A stretch of 42,087 nt of DNA from Octopus bimaculoides (GCF_001194135.2 NC_068989.1:55878574-55920660), one strand, 5' to 3'; shown: positions 11,291 to 23,143, counted from the first letter of the stretch. Numbers and translations: made by a program. Notes: a model not told the origin generated them from the sequence alone.

Positions 11291-11691
11291 ACAGCCGTGG
11301 CTGTGTGGTAAGAAGCTTACTTCCCAACCACATGGTTCCAGATTTCGTTCCACTACATGACACCTTGGGCAAGTGTCTTCTACTATATCCCTGGGTTGAC
11401 CAAAGCCTTGTGAGTGGATTTGGTAGTCAGAAACTGAAAGAAGCCCATTGTGTGTGTGTGTGTGTGTACGTGTCTTTGTGTCTGTCACTCTGCCACCTCT
11501 TGACAACTGGTGCTGGTGCTGGTGAGTTTAGATCCCCATAACTTAGCAGTTCAGCAAAAAGAGACCAATAGAAAAAATACCAAGCTTTAAAATTTAAGTC
11601 GTGGGGTCAATACATTTGGCTAAAAATTCTTCAAGGCAGTGCCCCAGTATGGCCACAGTCTAATGACTGAAACAAGTAAAAGATAAAAGAT
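11291..11691 (+). mobile_element. SINE family B, full length
   Basis: Same head, central (TG)n and tail (ACTGAAACAAGTAAAAGATAAAAGATA) as the 5115 copy. Confidence 0.85.
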
Positions 11692-13111
11692 ACTGAAATT
11701 AAATGAATGGTCAAAAGTTGACAAATGCAGCTGGTTACACTTCTCTAAAACAATTCAACAGCAGAATAATATGTTTTCTATCTAAGTAAAATGAGAAAAA
11801 GTCATGTAACTGACTTCTGTAAATATACAATAAAATTAACTTATGCAGAGTTGATGGGTTTATAGACACTTTATTAATAATTGATGCCACCTTTGCCATT
11901 TAAGTACTGCATTTATAACAAAAACATAGTATCTCTGAAGATTAGCCATAAAATGCATAACCTGAAACTATAAGAAGTTATAATAGCAAGAAATAGGTTG
12001 TGAAGATATGGTAGTAGATCTGTCTTATATTAAATCAAAATATTCAGTATTAAGTGATGAGAGTAACGTATGTTCAATGTAAGAATGATGGCAACAATCC
12101 CAACCTTCAAAGTGATACTGTCCATCCATGCCAACATGGCTTTCTCATGTCCCAGCTCAAATGAGATGTTCCTCAACACTTCCAGTTGCAACAGTGATGG
12201 TACAACAGTACATGCAAAACTGATGAGAGAAGACAGTCCTGGCTGATCAAAAATGTAATGCAGAAGGGGTCTGATAAGTGGACATTTAGTCTGACCACTG
12301 AGCAGATGCCTCTATACATTGAAGCAGCCTAACTACAGAAAATGGGACCAAAACTAGCTTCACTGAAGATAGCTGCTGAGCAACAATGGTCAACTATTAC
12401 TGAAAGCTTTCAACTGATCCAAATTCATATGAGCCCTACTAAATCAAGGTTTGTTAGCTACCCTCCCTGCAGCATATTACATGAGATGGAAATTGTTGAG
12501 GAGAGATATGCCTGCAATCATAGTCTGTACTTCCCTACCATTCTATTGACAAGTACTGAATTTTTTGCAAGCACTTTGACTAAAATCATAAACTTTGCAT
12601 TCAACAGAATTATAGGCAAGAAATTATCAATAATTTTATTCATGCCATTTCACTCCCCAACTCATTGAACTGAGTGTTCTCTTAAGTTATTTTGATGAGA
12701 CAATGTCTTCTGTATACATAGGGATTGCTTTATCTAACATCAGCAGAGGAAAGAAAAATGAAGCCCCAAACGTCATACATTAAAGCATCTTATTACAGCA
12801 GGCAGGCAATAGACTGAATAACAATTCCTACATAGGTGTGAAACCTGAAATATTTAAGAAATTTGGAAGTTATTTCATTTCCCCAAAACATTAGTGACTG
12901 AAGTGTTGAGAAATGGCTCCAACCAGGAATCAGATCAAATAAAGGTTTTCAGATATGATACAAATGCTTCAAATTTATAAGGCAGGAGAATACAATTTTA
13001 TGGTGACCATGTTTTTCTTAACGAAACCAATGACAATAATAATTTCAGATTGAGAAAAAAATGTTCAACTTGCTGATGACTGGTGCTCAACGTACATGAG
13101 AGGGAAATGCT

Positions 13112-13341
13112 TTAACCTTTTCATTACCCTGTTTCTGTTTAAAAATACTGCTTTTAGTTTTCATTCATTTTTAAAATAATGAAGAATTTAGTAAAAGAAC
13201 TTTGTTATTTTTAAGCTGGTATCTGAAACAAATTAACATAGAATTTTGATGGAAAATTTTGATTTAAGTCACTTTAAAACTGTAAGTTTGTGTCATAGAA
13301 ATAGATGGTGATCTCAGGCAGGTTGGCATCAAAGGGGTTAA
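13112..13341. mobile_element. piggyBac-type MITE (family P2)
   Basis: TTAA at both ends (13112-13115, 13338-13341), imperfect TIRs CCTTTTCATTACC / CCCCTTTGATGCC, AT-rich interior. Confidence 0.6.
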
Positions 13342-13907
13342 TATTCTTTCACCATAGAGTTAAGCAAGCAACCAACTAACCAAATCCGCAACTCAATTTC
13401 AATTCTTGATAACCATTTCATTTAACTTACATCCATTATTCACACAAGTAAAGTATGAAAAGCATACAATCCCAGTACACAGCCTATACATTCCTTATCT
13501 TAAGCATAAGCAAGAAATAAATAAACTAGCTATACAGCCTGCCAAATATTATTCTGTATGACAGAAATATTGTTAGCACTATAAATTATTTAGACATATA
13601 AACCACTATCATGGTAAGAGCAATGGTTAATATTCCCTATCAGGCAATAACAATGGTTGAGTGAGTATAATATAACAAGAGTAAAATAGTAGGCATTGCT
13701 GTCTGATAAGAAGCACTGCTGTTTCTCACTCCACTTAGTTGCTAATTATAAACCATAGTAAGAGTGGGGACAGTAAGCAGGGTGGGGATACAAGTTACTA
13801 TATTAACAAATTGCTTATTTCAGTTGTCTTCAGATAAAACACATATACATAATAACAATCAAAAACAAAAATTTATTTTATAGCTGCAGACAGATTTCAA
13901 GGGCAAT

Positions 13908-13938
<31 letters not shown>

Positions 13939-14709
13939 ATTAAGATGTTAGGCCAACACACATAAAGTTGGATAGACAGAGAGACAGACAATGTGGCACA
14001 AAACAAAATGTCTTTATCCAAGAAGGAGTGGGGTGATTTTCTGGTGATTTTCTTCTTCCTACCCCATATAAAATACCAAACCTGCCATAAGAGTTGCTTT
14101 GGCCAACAATAGCATTTCCTATTATCACACCTTATTTACATTAACCCTCCCTGTGCCATTAACATTATTTACTCTCTTGAATGACACCTACACTCCCCAC
14201 CCCCGCTTACCTACTTCTTCTCAACTTTCATATGGTTAATGTCCCCGGTATCTGGTACATGTGCATAATGAAGATTAAAAACAAATGCATTTTGAATGAG
14301 AAATATATAATATATACCATGCAGATACAAACATCAGTGAAGGAATATGGGAGGGAAAATTCAGCTCAAGGGTAATTGTTTTCCATTCTTATTTTTAATG
14401 TTGCATGTTCCAGCAAAAAGCTATGGCCATACTGGAGCACTGCCACTACTAACAAATATAAATTTTAAAAATCTCTGTACATGTGTTCTTTGTATATAGA
14501 CACACACCCAGACAAAAGACAGCTTCTAGAGTTACAAATGATTGCTCAAGAGTTACTTTTCTTTGTATTGTGTTGGTTCAGAGATAGTGCTATTGAATGT
14601 AAATCTTTGAAAGTAAGCATAGAAGTGTATATACACTGCAAACTAAGTTTGAGAGGAAGTTATCAGAAGCTCAAGCAAGACAAAACTATTTCTCATTGGC
14701 TCATTTGTA

Positions 14710-14937
14710 TTAATGCTTTAGCATTTAAACTGGCCATATCTGGCCCAAATATTCTACCTGTTCTATTTTCAAACCAGCTAGATCTGGCCTCTCACATCTA
14801 TCTTACAATGTCAGTCTAAAAATTAACAATCACTTCATCAAAGTCTCAAAACTGCAAGACAATACATGATTAATCCAAAACAATGGGAATAAATAAGCAT
14901 AACATTTGACAGAGTTATCTGAATACAAAAGAGCTAA
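14710..14937 (+). mobile_element. piggyBac-type MITE (family P1), decayed full length
   Basis: Colinear with the 27023 copy (TTTAGCATTTAAAC...ATATCTGGCC...AATATTCTACCTG...AGATCTGGC). Confidence 0.7.
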
Positions 14938-15191
14938 GACATTTTCACATTTCCTGGTTAAACACAGCCAGCACATTGCAGATTTGAGGGTTCAGTCACA
15001 ACTACTGATGATTCTCATATTCTCCAGAACCAGATGTTTTTCAATAATCAGGCATGTATGCAACATTTAGTTTCACTTCATACAAGAATGAGGTGGCCTA
15101 AATTAACTTCCCATAAAGCATGTCAAGGCTGAAACATCTAAATGTATTTTTTAGCTTCATAGTTTGCTCAGTGATCTGAATTTTATATTGA

Positions 15192-15592
15192 TTTTTAACT
15201 TGTTTTAATCAACAGACTGTGGCCATGCCGGGGCACCACTTTGAAGGGTTTTGGTCAAACATATTAACCCCAGTACTCAATTTTTAGTGTCTGGTATATA
15301 TTCTATCAGTCTCTTTTACCAAACCACTAAGTTACAGGAACAGAAACAAACCAACACCAACTGGGGTTAGAGGGGGAACAAATGCTAACTCAAAGACACA
15401 CACACACACACACACATACATACATATGTGATGAGCTTCCAAACAGTTTTCATGTACCAAATCTAGTCACTAGACATTGGTCAACCTGGGGCTATAGTAG
15501 AAAACACTTGCTCAAGGTGCAGAGCAGTGGGACTGAACCCAGAACCATCTGGTTACAAAACAAGCTTCTTAACCACACAGCCATGCCAGTAC
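15192..15592 (-). mobile_element. SINE family B, full length
   Basis: Reverse complement of the 5115/11291 copies with central (CA)n. Confidence 0.85.
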
Positions 15593-15667
15593 CTATTTCC
15601 ATAAAACAGCAAGCAATGCATATAAATTACACGTCTTCAGTATGGTGTAAGTTTTCTAAGCTTAGTT

Positions 15668-15818
15668 TATGATGGGGTGCTGAAAAGTTCCTGGTTTTGG
15701 GTAAAAGAAAATACAGGAGGATCAGTTAATTACAATTTTATTCAACATATTCTCCCCTCAGAGACACACAGGTCTTTCACGATACCCTTAAAGCCAGGAA
15801 CTTTTCAACCACCCCCTC

Positions 15819-15821
<3 letters not shown>
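15668..15821 (-). mobile_element. Tc1/mariner-type MITE, internally deleted
   Basis: TIRs TGATGGGGTGCTGAAAAGTTCCTGG / CCAGGAACTTTTCAACCACCCCCTCA with TA at both ends; the right TA runs into (TA)n. Confidence 0.8.
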
Positions 15822-15849
<28 letters not shown>

Positions 15850-15954
15850 CACACACACACAACATATATATATATTTATTATATTCTGTCCTTTTATCAT
15901 AATTTAATGTCTCATCAACTGACACAAAGCCACCTCCCTCAATACCACTCCCCC

Positions 15955-16112
15955 TCTCATTTGAGAGGTCTTCATCCTGCAAGTTACTTGGTGGTCTCAC
16001 TGATGCTGATGCGCAATCCACTCTGGCTAGCCAGCTCCTGTCAAACTGTCCAACCCATGCCAGCATGGAAAGAGGACGTTAATTGATGACTGATAACGAT
16101 GATGCTGATGAT
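15955..16112 (+). mobile_element. RTE-type 3' tail
   Basis: GTCAAACTGTCCAACCCATGCCAGCATGGAAAGAGGACGTTAA followed by degenerate (GAT)n. Confidence 0.65.
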
Positions 16113-16261
16113 ATATTCCCTTCTCAGATTTACACTTATTGCAGTGGTCCTTTAGTTTTTCTAAGCCCTGCAAAAGAACTCAGAAGATTGGGCCTCCATC
16201 TAGGCCTTTTGCAATACCCATAAAGCCAGGGACTTTTCAGCACCTCCACCCCACCCTCATA
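16113..16261 (-). mobile_element. mariner-type MITE, partial second copy
   Basis: Ends AAAGCCAGGGACTTTTCAGCACC...CTCATA; interior homologous to 41130-41305. Confidence 0.7.
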
Positions 16262-16752
16262 CAGCAGATTTGAAATGATTGAGTAAAATAATGCTTTCAC
16301 TATCTGGAAACTGATGAGAATCAATGATATTTGGTGTCACAGGTGCATCTAGCATGTGAAGCAATTCCTTCTTCTAAGCACTAAGCATCTGGAAACATCA
16401 ACAGCAAACAGTAAGTCAGAAATTAATGCCATTCACTTTCTAAACTTTCAACTGTGCCTTAAAAAGGTTTCTGAAATTAGACTACGACTGTGATGTCATG
16501 GCCAAATGTAAAGATGATAAGGTTGGTGGTAAGGGGAATAGAATTTAGTTTAGTCCAGTATCATCCTTCATTACATGGGCAGAAATTAGTGTTAGAGTGT
16601 GTGGAAATATTTGGTATATCAAAGTATTTCTGTACATCCTTTTTTAAATTGGTTTAAAAAAAAATGACACTCATTTTCAAAACAAGCAATTTTTTCTGTG
16701 GAACAAAATTCAAGGGTACAGTCTAAGTGCTAGTCAGCAAAGACAGAATATT

Positions 16753-16970
16753 GGTTTCAAATTTTGGCATGGGGTCAGCAATTTTGGGGTAAGGGTTAAG
16801 TCAATTACATCAACCCCAGTTCTGAACTGGTGATTATTTTATTGGCCCCACCAAAAAGATAAAAGGTAAAGTTAACCTCAGCAGAATTTGAATTCAGAAT
16901 GTAACAATGGATGAAATGCTGCTAAGCAGTCTGCCCAGCATGCTAATGATTCTGCCAGCTTGCTGCCTTC
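16753..16970 (-). mobile_element. SINE family A (tail ...CAAAATTTGAAACC)
   Basis: Full head-to-tail homology; flanked by 17-bp TSD copies at 16736-16752 and 16971-16987. Confidence 0.9.
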
Positions 16971-16987
16971 AGCAAAGACAAAATATT

Positions 16988-17200
16988 CTTTTCTACTCTA
17001 AGCAGAAGGACCAAAATTTTGGAGGAGGGGGCCAGTCAATTAGATCGACCCAGTATGCAACTGGTACTTAATTTATCGACCTTGAAAGGATGAAAGGCAA
17101 AGTTGACCTCAGCAGAATTTGAACTCAGAATGTAAAGACAGACAAAATAGTACTAAGTATTTCACCTGGCATGCTAACATTTCTGCTAGCATGCCACCCT
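16988..17200 (-). mobile_element. SINE family A (different tail ...AGTAGAAAAG)
   Basis: Flanked by TSD copies at 16971-16987 and 17201-17217. Confidence 0.9.
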
Positions 17201-17929
17201 AGCAAAGACAAAATATTTGAACTGAATATGCAGTATGGAAAATTTTTTCAAGATTCATCACAGCTCATTCTGTTGCTAAGATTACCAAGGAAAAGCAGTT
17301 AACAGCCAAATAGAAAGGTTTCATTGTTCACACAAAATTAAGATAATTTGTTCATAGATGATTGTTTTAGTCCAGTAAAATTCACACCATGGTTTTCATT
17401 TCTACCTCTGCTTAGCATCCACTGATGATTGCTTGTATCCACTTAAATAATTCCATATCACTATGGTGTGGATTTAATTATATAGTTACCTACACACACA
17501 CACACGCATGCACAAATGCACACAAACATGCACACACACAGACATTAGCCTTCTCACAATCATATAGTAGAGTAGTAAATAAAAACAAAAATATTATATA
17601 AACCAAATGTAAATATTGAAAACAGAATGGAAAGTAAATATTAGTGGTTTTCTTGAACTAGCAAGGATAAATGCATACAAGCACAAGCAGACATACACAC
17701 AGACTCAAACATAAACACTCACACACACACACACACACACACACACATGCATGCATGTATCTACACAAACATACATAAATTCACTTAGCCCCAGGGCACC
17801 CAAAACTACTAAGTACTGCAAAATGATATTAGATGCAGCTCTTTATGAGTTTAAAGATGTTAAAGGTTGAGGAGTATAAAGTTAATCTCCTGGAAAAGTT
17901 AGAGCAGATAATTTTTACATTCATACATG

Positions 17930-17972
<43 letters not shown>

Positions 17973-18660
17973 AGAATTTTCTGTAACGTATCAAAGAGCA
18001 TGCAAATTAGCTGATGCTATAAAACAACATAATTCTATCAATATTCTAGTTCTGAAATAACTTTGGGCAGTTATAACCCCTAGACAGAAACAGCAAGACT
18101 ATAAAATGCAAATAATTTTATTCGGCCAGTATATAAACATTCTAAAACAATATAACTCGTTCTGACTGGACTGAATGAGAATGGTACACAAATAGGTCAA
18201 GACAGAGACCTTTCATTAACAGAAACCATATGTTCTCTACAGAATTTATAAACCCACACATAAATTATTTTACAGAAACTCTCTACCTGTTCACCATCCA
18301 ATATATTGTTACATATAAAAACAAGCAGGGATGTGGATTCTGCAAACTGCAGCACAAGCAAATTGTTTAGAAGAGCAGTAACTCTCAATAAAGACTAGTA
18401 TTGAATAGAGCAGTATCTTTAGTTTATCTGCAAACAACTTCACAAATATTTTGGCAGGTTGCAAAGGCCATGTTGTAAAGTGGTTGGTGATAAGAAGGGT
18501 ATGCAATCATAAAATAATGCCAAAAAATATGACATACATACCAACAAAAATTGGCAGTTTTCACTATTGCTGTAGATGTCAAATGATGGTAAGATGCTAT
18601 GAAACTTGTATAACTTTATGCCAACATGGGAAAAAAATGGACATTATATATGATGATAAT

Positions 18661-18783
18661 GTGAAGGCATATGACCCAATGGCTAGGGCGTTGCATTCAT
18701 AATTGTTACATCATAGGTTCAATTCCTGGACCAGGCAGCATGTGTCCTTGAGCAAAACACTTCCATTTCACAGTGCTCCAGTG
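18661..18783 (+). mobile_element. SINE family C head
   Basis: GTGAAGGCATATGACCCAATGGCTAGGGCG...AGGTTCAATTCCTGG...GTGTCCTTGAGCAAAACAC. Confidence 0.65.
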
Positions 18784-19488
18784 TTGTGAGGGAGCTAACA
18801 TGTCAAAGAATAGACCCAACATTTCCTTTGCATGTTGTAAAAGGTGACTAACAGAGATTGAGGTCAACCTCATAAAACCCATACCAGCAACGACTACCCA
18901 AATAAACCCATGGGTTGGAGGGTTGTCACCTTAGTGGTGCAAAGATGTCATCCACCAGGAGTAGGGAATCACCAATAAATGGTGAATGTCAACAGTGCAA
19001 GTCCTCATACTAGTACTACTACTACTGCTGCTACTACTACTACTATATGGATTCAATCTCACCACATACCATCTGGAGCAAGTGTCTTCAACTAGAGCCT
19101 CAAGGAAACTCAAGACTTCGAATGAAATTCAGATGGAAACTGTGTGAAAGCCCATCAGAAGAACTGTACCTGGAATTCTGATATCCAGCCAGCTTTTCCT
19201 CACACACACATACACACACACACTATGTCAAACTGATTCTGACAAAGAATTACATCAAACATACAAGTGCCATTAGAATACTCAACCATTTACATTATTT
19301 ATAATTGAATAAGTAAGTAGTTCAGTTGATCAAACAACTGAAAAACTAACAATAAAAACCAATGGAAAGGACCTTACATATTTCGATTAACTTCTCACCT
19401 GTATTGCACAAATGTTTTACAAACATTTATCTTGTTTTTACATACTGCAATACTTCAAGCAAATTACAATACTCTTACATACATATAT

Positions 19489-19680
19489 ACACTTTTACAT
19501 AGCACCACACTGGCCCTTTTATGTAAGACTATATAGGTGCTTTTACAGGAGACTACACAAGTGCTTTTACGTGTCACTGCAGAGGTGCTTTTGCATATTG
19601 CCACATGGGTGCATTTAATTGTTGCCACATGGACACTTTTACATGGAACCACACAACTACTTTTACATGGCACCACCTTA
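19489..19680. repeat. 24-bp x 8 degenerate minisatellite
   Basis: Units start at 19489, 19513, 19537, 19561, 19585, 19609, 19633 and 19657, with core CTTTTAC and frequent CCACA; no indels. Confidence 0.9.
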
Positions 19681-19833
19681 TATATATATATATTTATATA
19701 TGGGAGACTTTTCGTTGTTTATTGTTTAGATATCATCTTAAGATTACCATTCATTCTGATGTGAAATCAACTTTTAACTATAACAAAATATTTACTCAGT
19801 TTTGCATATTGAGTTCTTACTTTGAAGCATTAC

Positions 19834-20047
19834 TGTGATAATGACTAAAATTTTATTTTTATTATGCCATATATTATACTGCTTGATTGTTCACAGAGCA
19901 ATGGTTATACTGAGCAGCTACAAACCTCATTACAAAAGTGTCGGTAAAAATAAATTTGATATTAAATAAAGTGCCTCCATATACGCAGTGTTTTATATAA
20001 GACAAGAGATACTCAAGCCCAAACATGAGGACAGCTAAGGCATTACA
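19834..20047 (-). mobile_element. 3' LTR (214 bp) of the Gypsy element
   Basis: Minus strand TGTAATG...CATTATCACA, with TTATATAAAA (TATA-like) and AATAAAATAAAA just before the CA end. It lies right after the integrase tail. The PPT is not clean. Confidence 0.6.
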
Positions 20048-20139
20048 ACTTGGATGTTCTTCAAATGTACTGAGGTATTAATATCAGCACTGGCATCATC
20101 ACCATCACTACTAACTTCATTCTTATTTCTGTTGCATTC

Positions 20140-20960
20140 TCCTGCTTCTAGTTGTGCATTCCTAATTTGATCAGCCTAAACCAATATTCTAGTTCCATTC
20201 CTTGTAATGAGAGTAGTGCTGTTTCCAGCTTGCATCACAAATTTTGTAATTTCTGATGTAGAATTATTCTTCTTATATCATTCCATACTCATCAATAGTC
20301 AAGAGTACATGAATCTGACATCACATTAATGCAGAAAGATTTTGTAATCTACAAGCAGGAGAAATAGAGTAATAAGTGAGTAACAGTCAGGAGGAAAAAT
20401 TATTTGAACGAGGGGAGAACACCTTTGATCTCATTTCAGTTGTTTGTACAATACATACAGCAATTCCATTCAATTGCAGGTTATATGAAATTCTCTTATG
20501 AGAAATGTTACCAATTTTCTTAAGCTAAGTACATAGAAAAATCAACTATTATCAGCAACAATTCAATACTACTAATACAAACACGATGTATGTGCACTGA
20601 AGTCCATTGTTCTAAATCTTTAGACCATAAATGAAGTCTGTTTTCTGGTAAATTTTTGATTTCACATTTAGAACATCAGTGAATGTAGCCTTGTACATCA
20701 TGTCAATAACCAGGTCACCATGCTTCAAGTTTATGACGATTTCATGTAGCAGAATAGCTACAGCAGACACTATTATGAATATACTTTTTTTACTGTTTTG
20801 TCTCCTGAATACTTTAGGTAGAACAATGAGCTCTCAATTGCAAAGTATACTGTTTCCAGACTAAATCTATGTATGACCTGCTTATAAGGTTTTTCAGCAT
20901 TGGAGCAGTTAGTTTAGGTATTTCTTTTTTAATTCTGAAAATATTTATTTTAATTCTGAA
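20140..20960 (-). pseudogene. Gypsy integrase (zinc-binding region and core remnants)
   Basis: TNCSNAEKPYKQV; KLEAW*PGY*HDVQGYIH*CSKC; QWTSVHIH; LKKIG...QLNGIAVCIVQT (QSNGxAERxVQT-like). Confidence 0.8.
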
Positions 20961-21005
20961 TATAATTTCTCTTCGTGGAATATTTTCCAAAGCTATGCTA
21001 TCAAG

Positions 21006-21368
21006 GTAATGAGCTGATAAAATTGTTACCATGCTGGGTGAAATGCTTAGTGGTATTTCATTCATCCTTACGTTCTGAGTTTAAATTCTGCCAAAGTTGA
21101 CTTTGTCTTTCATCCTTTCGGTGTAGATAAAATAAGCACCAGTTGAATACTGGGGTTGATGTAATCAATTTAACTGCTCCTGGGTAAGAGTATAAAAATT
21201 GAACCCTTATTCCAAGCCATGTTGAGCTAGCATGGCAGAGTAGGCTCATCAAACCAGTATTATCTCAAGCTCAAAATTCACAGCCTCCACAGTGAACTGT
21301 GGTTAGTGGAGAGAACATGCTGAGGCTTTTACCCTACATTGCACTTAACATAGGCAATCCAATCCTAA
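21006..21368 (+). mobile_element. SINE family A head/body with an extended foreign 3' region, inside the Gypsy
   Basis: A-family homology at 21003-21185 plus about 180 bp of other sequence; the whole unit is flanked by the 11-bp duplication ATGCTATCAAG (20995-21005, 21369-21379). Confidence 0.7.
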
Positions 21369-21729
21369 ATGCTATCAAGACACAACACATTAGTTTCTAT
21401 ACAGTAAATAAAATATATTAACAGAATGAGAATCATAAGGTTGTTGTCAACTTTATGATACTAGGGAATAAAATTTCCATTAACATGTTGAATATCAGTC
21501 AAATACTGTCAGTTGTATCAGAATAATTTTTGAAAATATAACTCTTGAAATTTCCTTCTATAGATAAAAAAACAAATAAATGAAATGCAATAATGATCAA
21601 ATCTTAGGAACTTACTTCCAAGTAAAAAAGAATGTTAACTGAGGTTGGAGTCCATACAATTGCTAAAGTTCCCTTTTCTATACCTGAATGAATTAAATTC
21701 AACAGTGATTAATTTTCTTTATAAATATA

Positions 21730-21995
21730 GTAGTAGGTATTCATCAGTCTCAAGAGGCCATGGATCTGTGCCAAAAGAAATCGTGTCAGATGCTGATGGT
21801 GGTGCAGCATCTGTTATGGCTGTACAGGCCCACATGGGAGTGGCAGTCACACATACAACAACTGCATTTGAAGGAGCTCTCTGCCGGCACTACTGGTTTT
21901 TTTCCTTCCATCGAGTGTGCTTTTCTTTGGAGGCAAGTTTCTGTTTTTCTTTTGCTCACTTCATCCTCTTTCTTTTAGTATTTGTCTCTTCATAA
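21730..21995 (-). mobile_element. RTE (BovB-like) LINE 3' end with C-terminal zinc-finger motif
   Basis: ESSFKCSCCMCDCHSHVGLYSHNRCCTTISI*, then GATCCATGGCCTCTTGAGACTGA and a (CTA)n tail. Confidence 0.8.
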
Positions 21996-22000
21996 ACATA

Positions 22001-22266
22001 GCACTGGTTAATAATGGTAAAGTTACCTTCTTCAGTCATGGCAATTCATAAGGGCTGGTTTCCTGGTTTCGTGGCAGATATATTCTCCACCTGGATGGTA
22101 CACTGGTTCGTCACAGGATTACTCATTTTTACCAGTTGAGTGGACTGGAGCAACGTGAAATGAAGTCATTTTGCTCAGGAACACAATGCATCACTCAGTC
22201 CAGGAATCAAAACCACAATCTTACAATCATGAGTCCAAAACCTAACCACTAAGCCACGCACTTCCA
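22001..22266 (-). mobile_element. SINE family C
   Basis: A-box GTGGCTTAGTGGTTAGG, B-box GGTTTTGATTCC, CORE-like GTTCCTGAGCAAAATGACTTCATTTCACGTTGCTCCAGTCCACTCAAC. Confidence 0.75.
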
Positions 22267-22449
22267 CATATAGCATTGGGTGATAAGATACCTGATATAG
22301 CATGTTCACTAGTATCTGTAGTCAAAGTGGAATCTTTATTGGTATTGAAAAAATGCACAACAGGACTCTCAGCAAAAGTACTTTTTAAATTATCAAACAC
22401 TATTTGCTGAACATTTCCCCAGCATTTTTTTGTGCAAATTTGCAAATGA

Positions 22450-22962
22450 TTCAATTATTTCTAACTATTTTGGTAAATAACAACCATAAAAACCAAGATA
22501 TCATTAAAAAAATGTACTCCAACTCTTTCTTATTAGCAACTGGATAAATATCTTATATTTTCTGGGCATTGATCTGAGAAGCATATTCCTTTAAATAGAT
22601 TATCCAAAAAATATACCTTAGCCCTGATTAATATTCATTCTTCTCAAGTGAGAGGCATTCAAGCTAAGTAATGCAATACAATTTTGACATTAAGTTCAGT
22701 TCACCCACAGTTGTACTCAAACATTATACTGATAAGCTATTTTATTATATCCTTCAATGACATCATTATATCTTTGAAGGTCTTTTTTATTGCATACTGA
22801 AAAATGGCTCTGGCAGTTTTATACCAATGGCATTCATGTCCATTTCAAAAAATCCATAAGCATGTTAATTGTAGTCATATCCTTGAAATTACCATGAATT
22901 TGAATTTGGTGGTAGTCACTATCAAGGTTGAATTTTGTAAGAAAAAAAATATTAGTTAATAC

Positions 22963-23026
<64 letters not shown>

Positions 23027-23143
23027 ATTAGGGGCAGCTAGGATACTTAAGAGGGTTTCTGGCATCTAAGGTTACTTGTTGTAGCCTGATGTTAGGAATT
23101 TTTCTTTTCCAACAGTCTAATCTGCTGTGTGTATATGAATAAC

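Larger units (their letters stand above)
21380..22440 (-). pseudogene. Gypsy RT linker and RNase H (split by the 21730-22266 insertion)
   Basis: QQIVFDNLKSTFAESPVVHFFNTNKDSTLTTDTSEHAISGILS; then RKL...IEKGTLAIVW; FLLGSKF..DH; IQHVNGNFIP. Confidence 0.8.

Noticed and set aside
12040-12330. Stop-free minus frame of about 85 codons with a good acceptor (FACTVVPSLLQLEVLRNISFELGHEKAMLAWMDSITLK)
   Set aside because: No recognisable homology, a weak donor, and probably an unassigned repeat. BLAST would settle it.
12342-12668. 108-aa plus-strand ORF
   Set aside because: No motif or codon signal; length compatible with chance.
16343-16410. Plus-strand CAG...GTAAGT exon-like 68-mer
   Set aside because: Stops in all three frames and a weak polypyrimidine tract.
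17378-17475. 15-bp imperfect inverted repeat with a 68-nt spacer
   Set aside because: Two mismatches, no TSD, not distinguishable from chance.
18197-18506. KLFADKLKI and ILDGEQVESF resembling a CR1 RT fragment on the minus strand
   Set aside because: The motifs are too degraded to call without a profile search.
19372-19401. 21-nt minus-strand microexon candidate (GEKLIEI)
   Set aside because: No polypyrimidine tract; expected by chance.
19489-19680. CRISPR-like look (conserved core plus variable part)
   Set aside because: The period is only 24 bp, the variable parts are mutually related, the context is eukaryotic and there are no cas genes.
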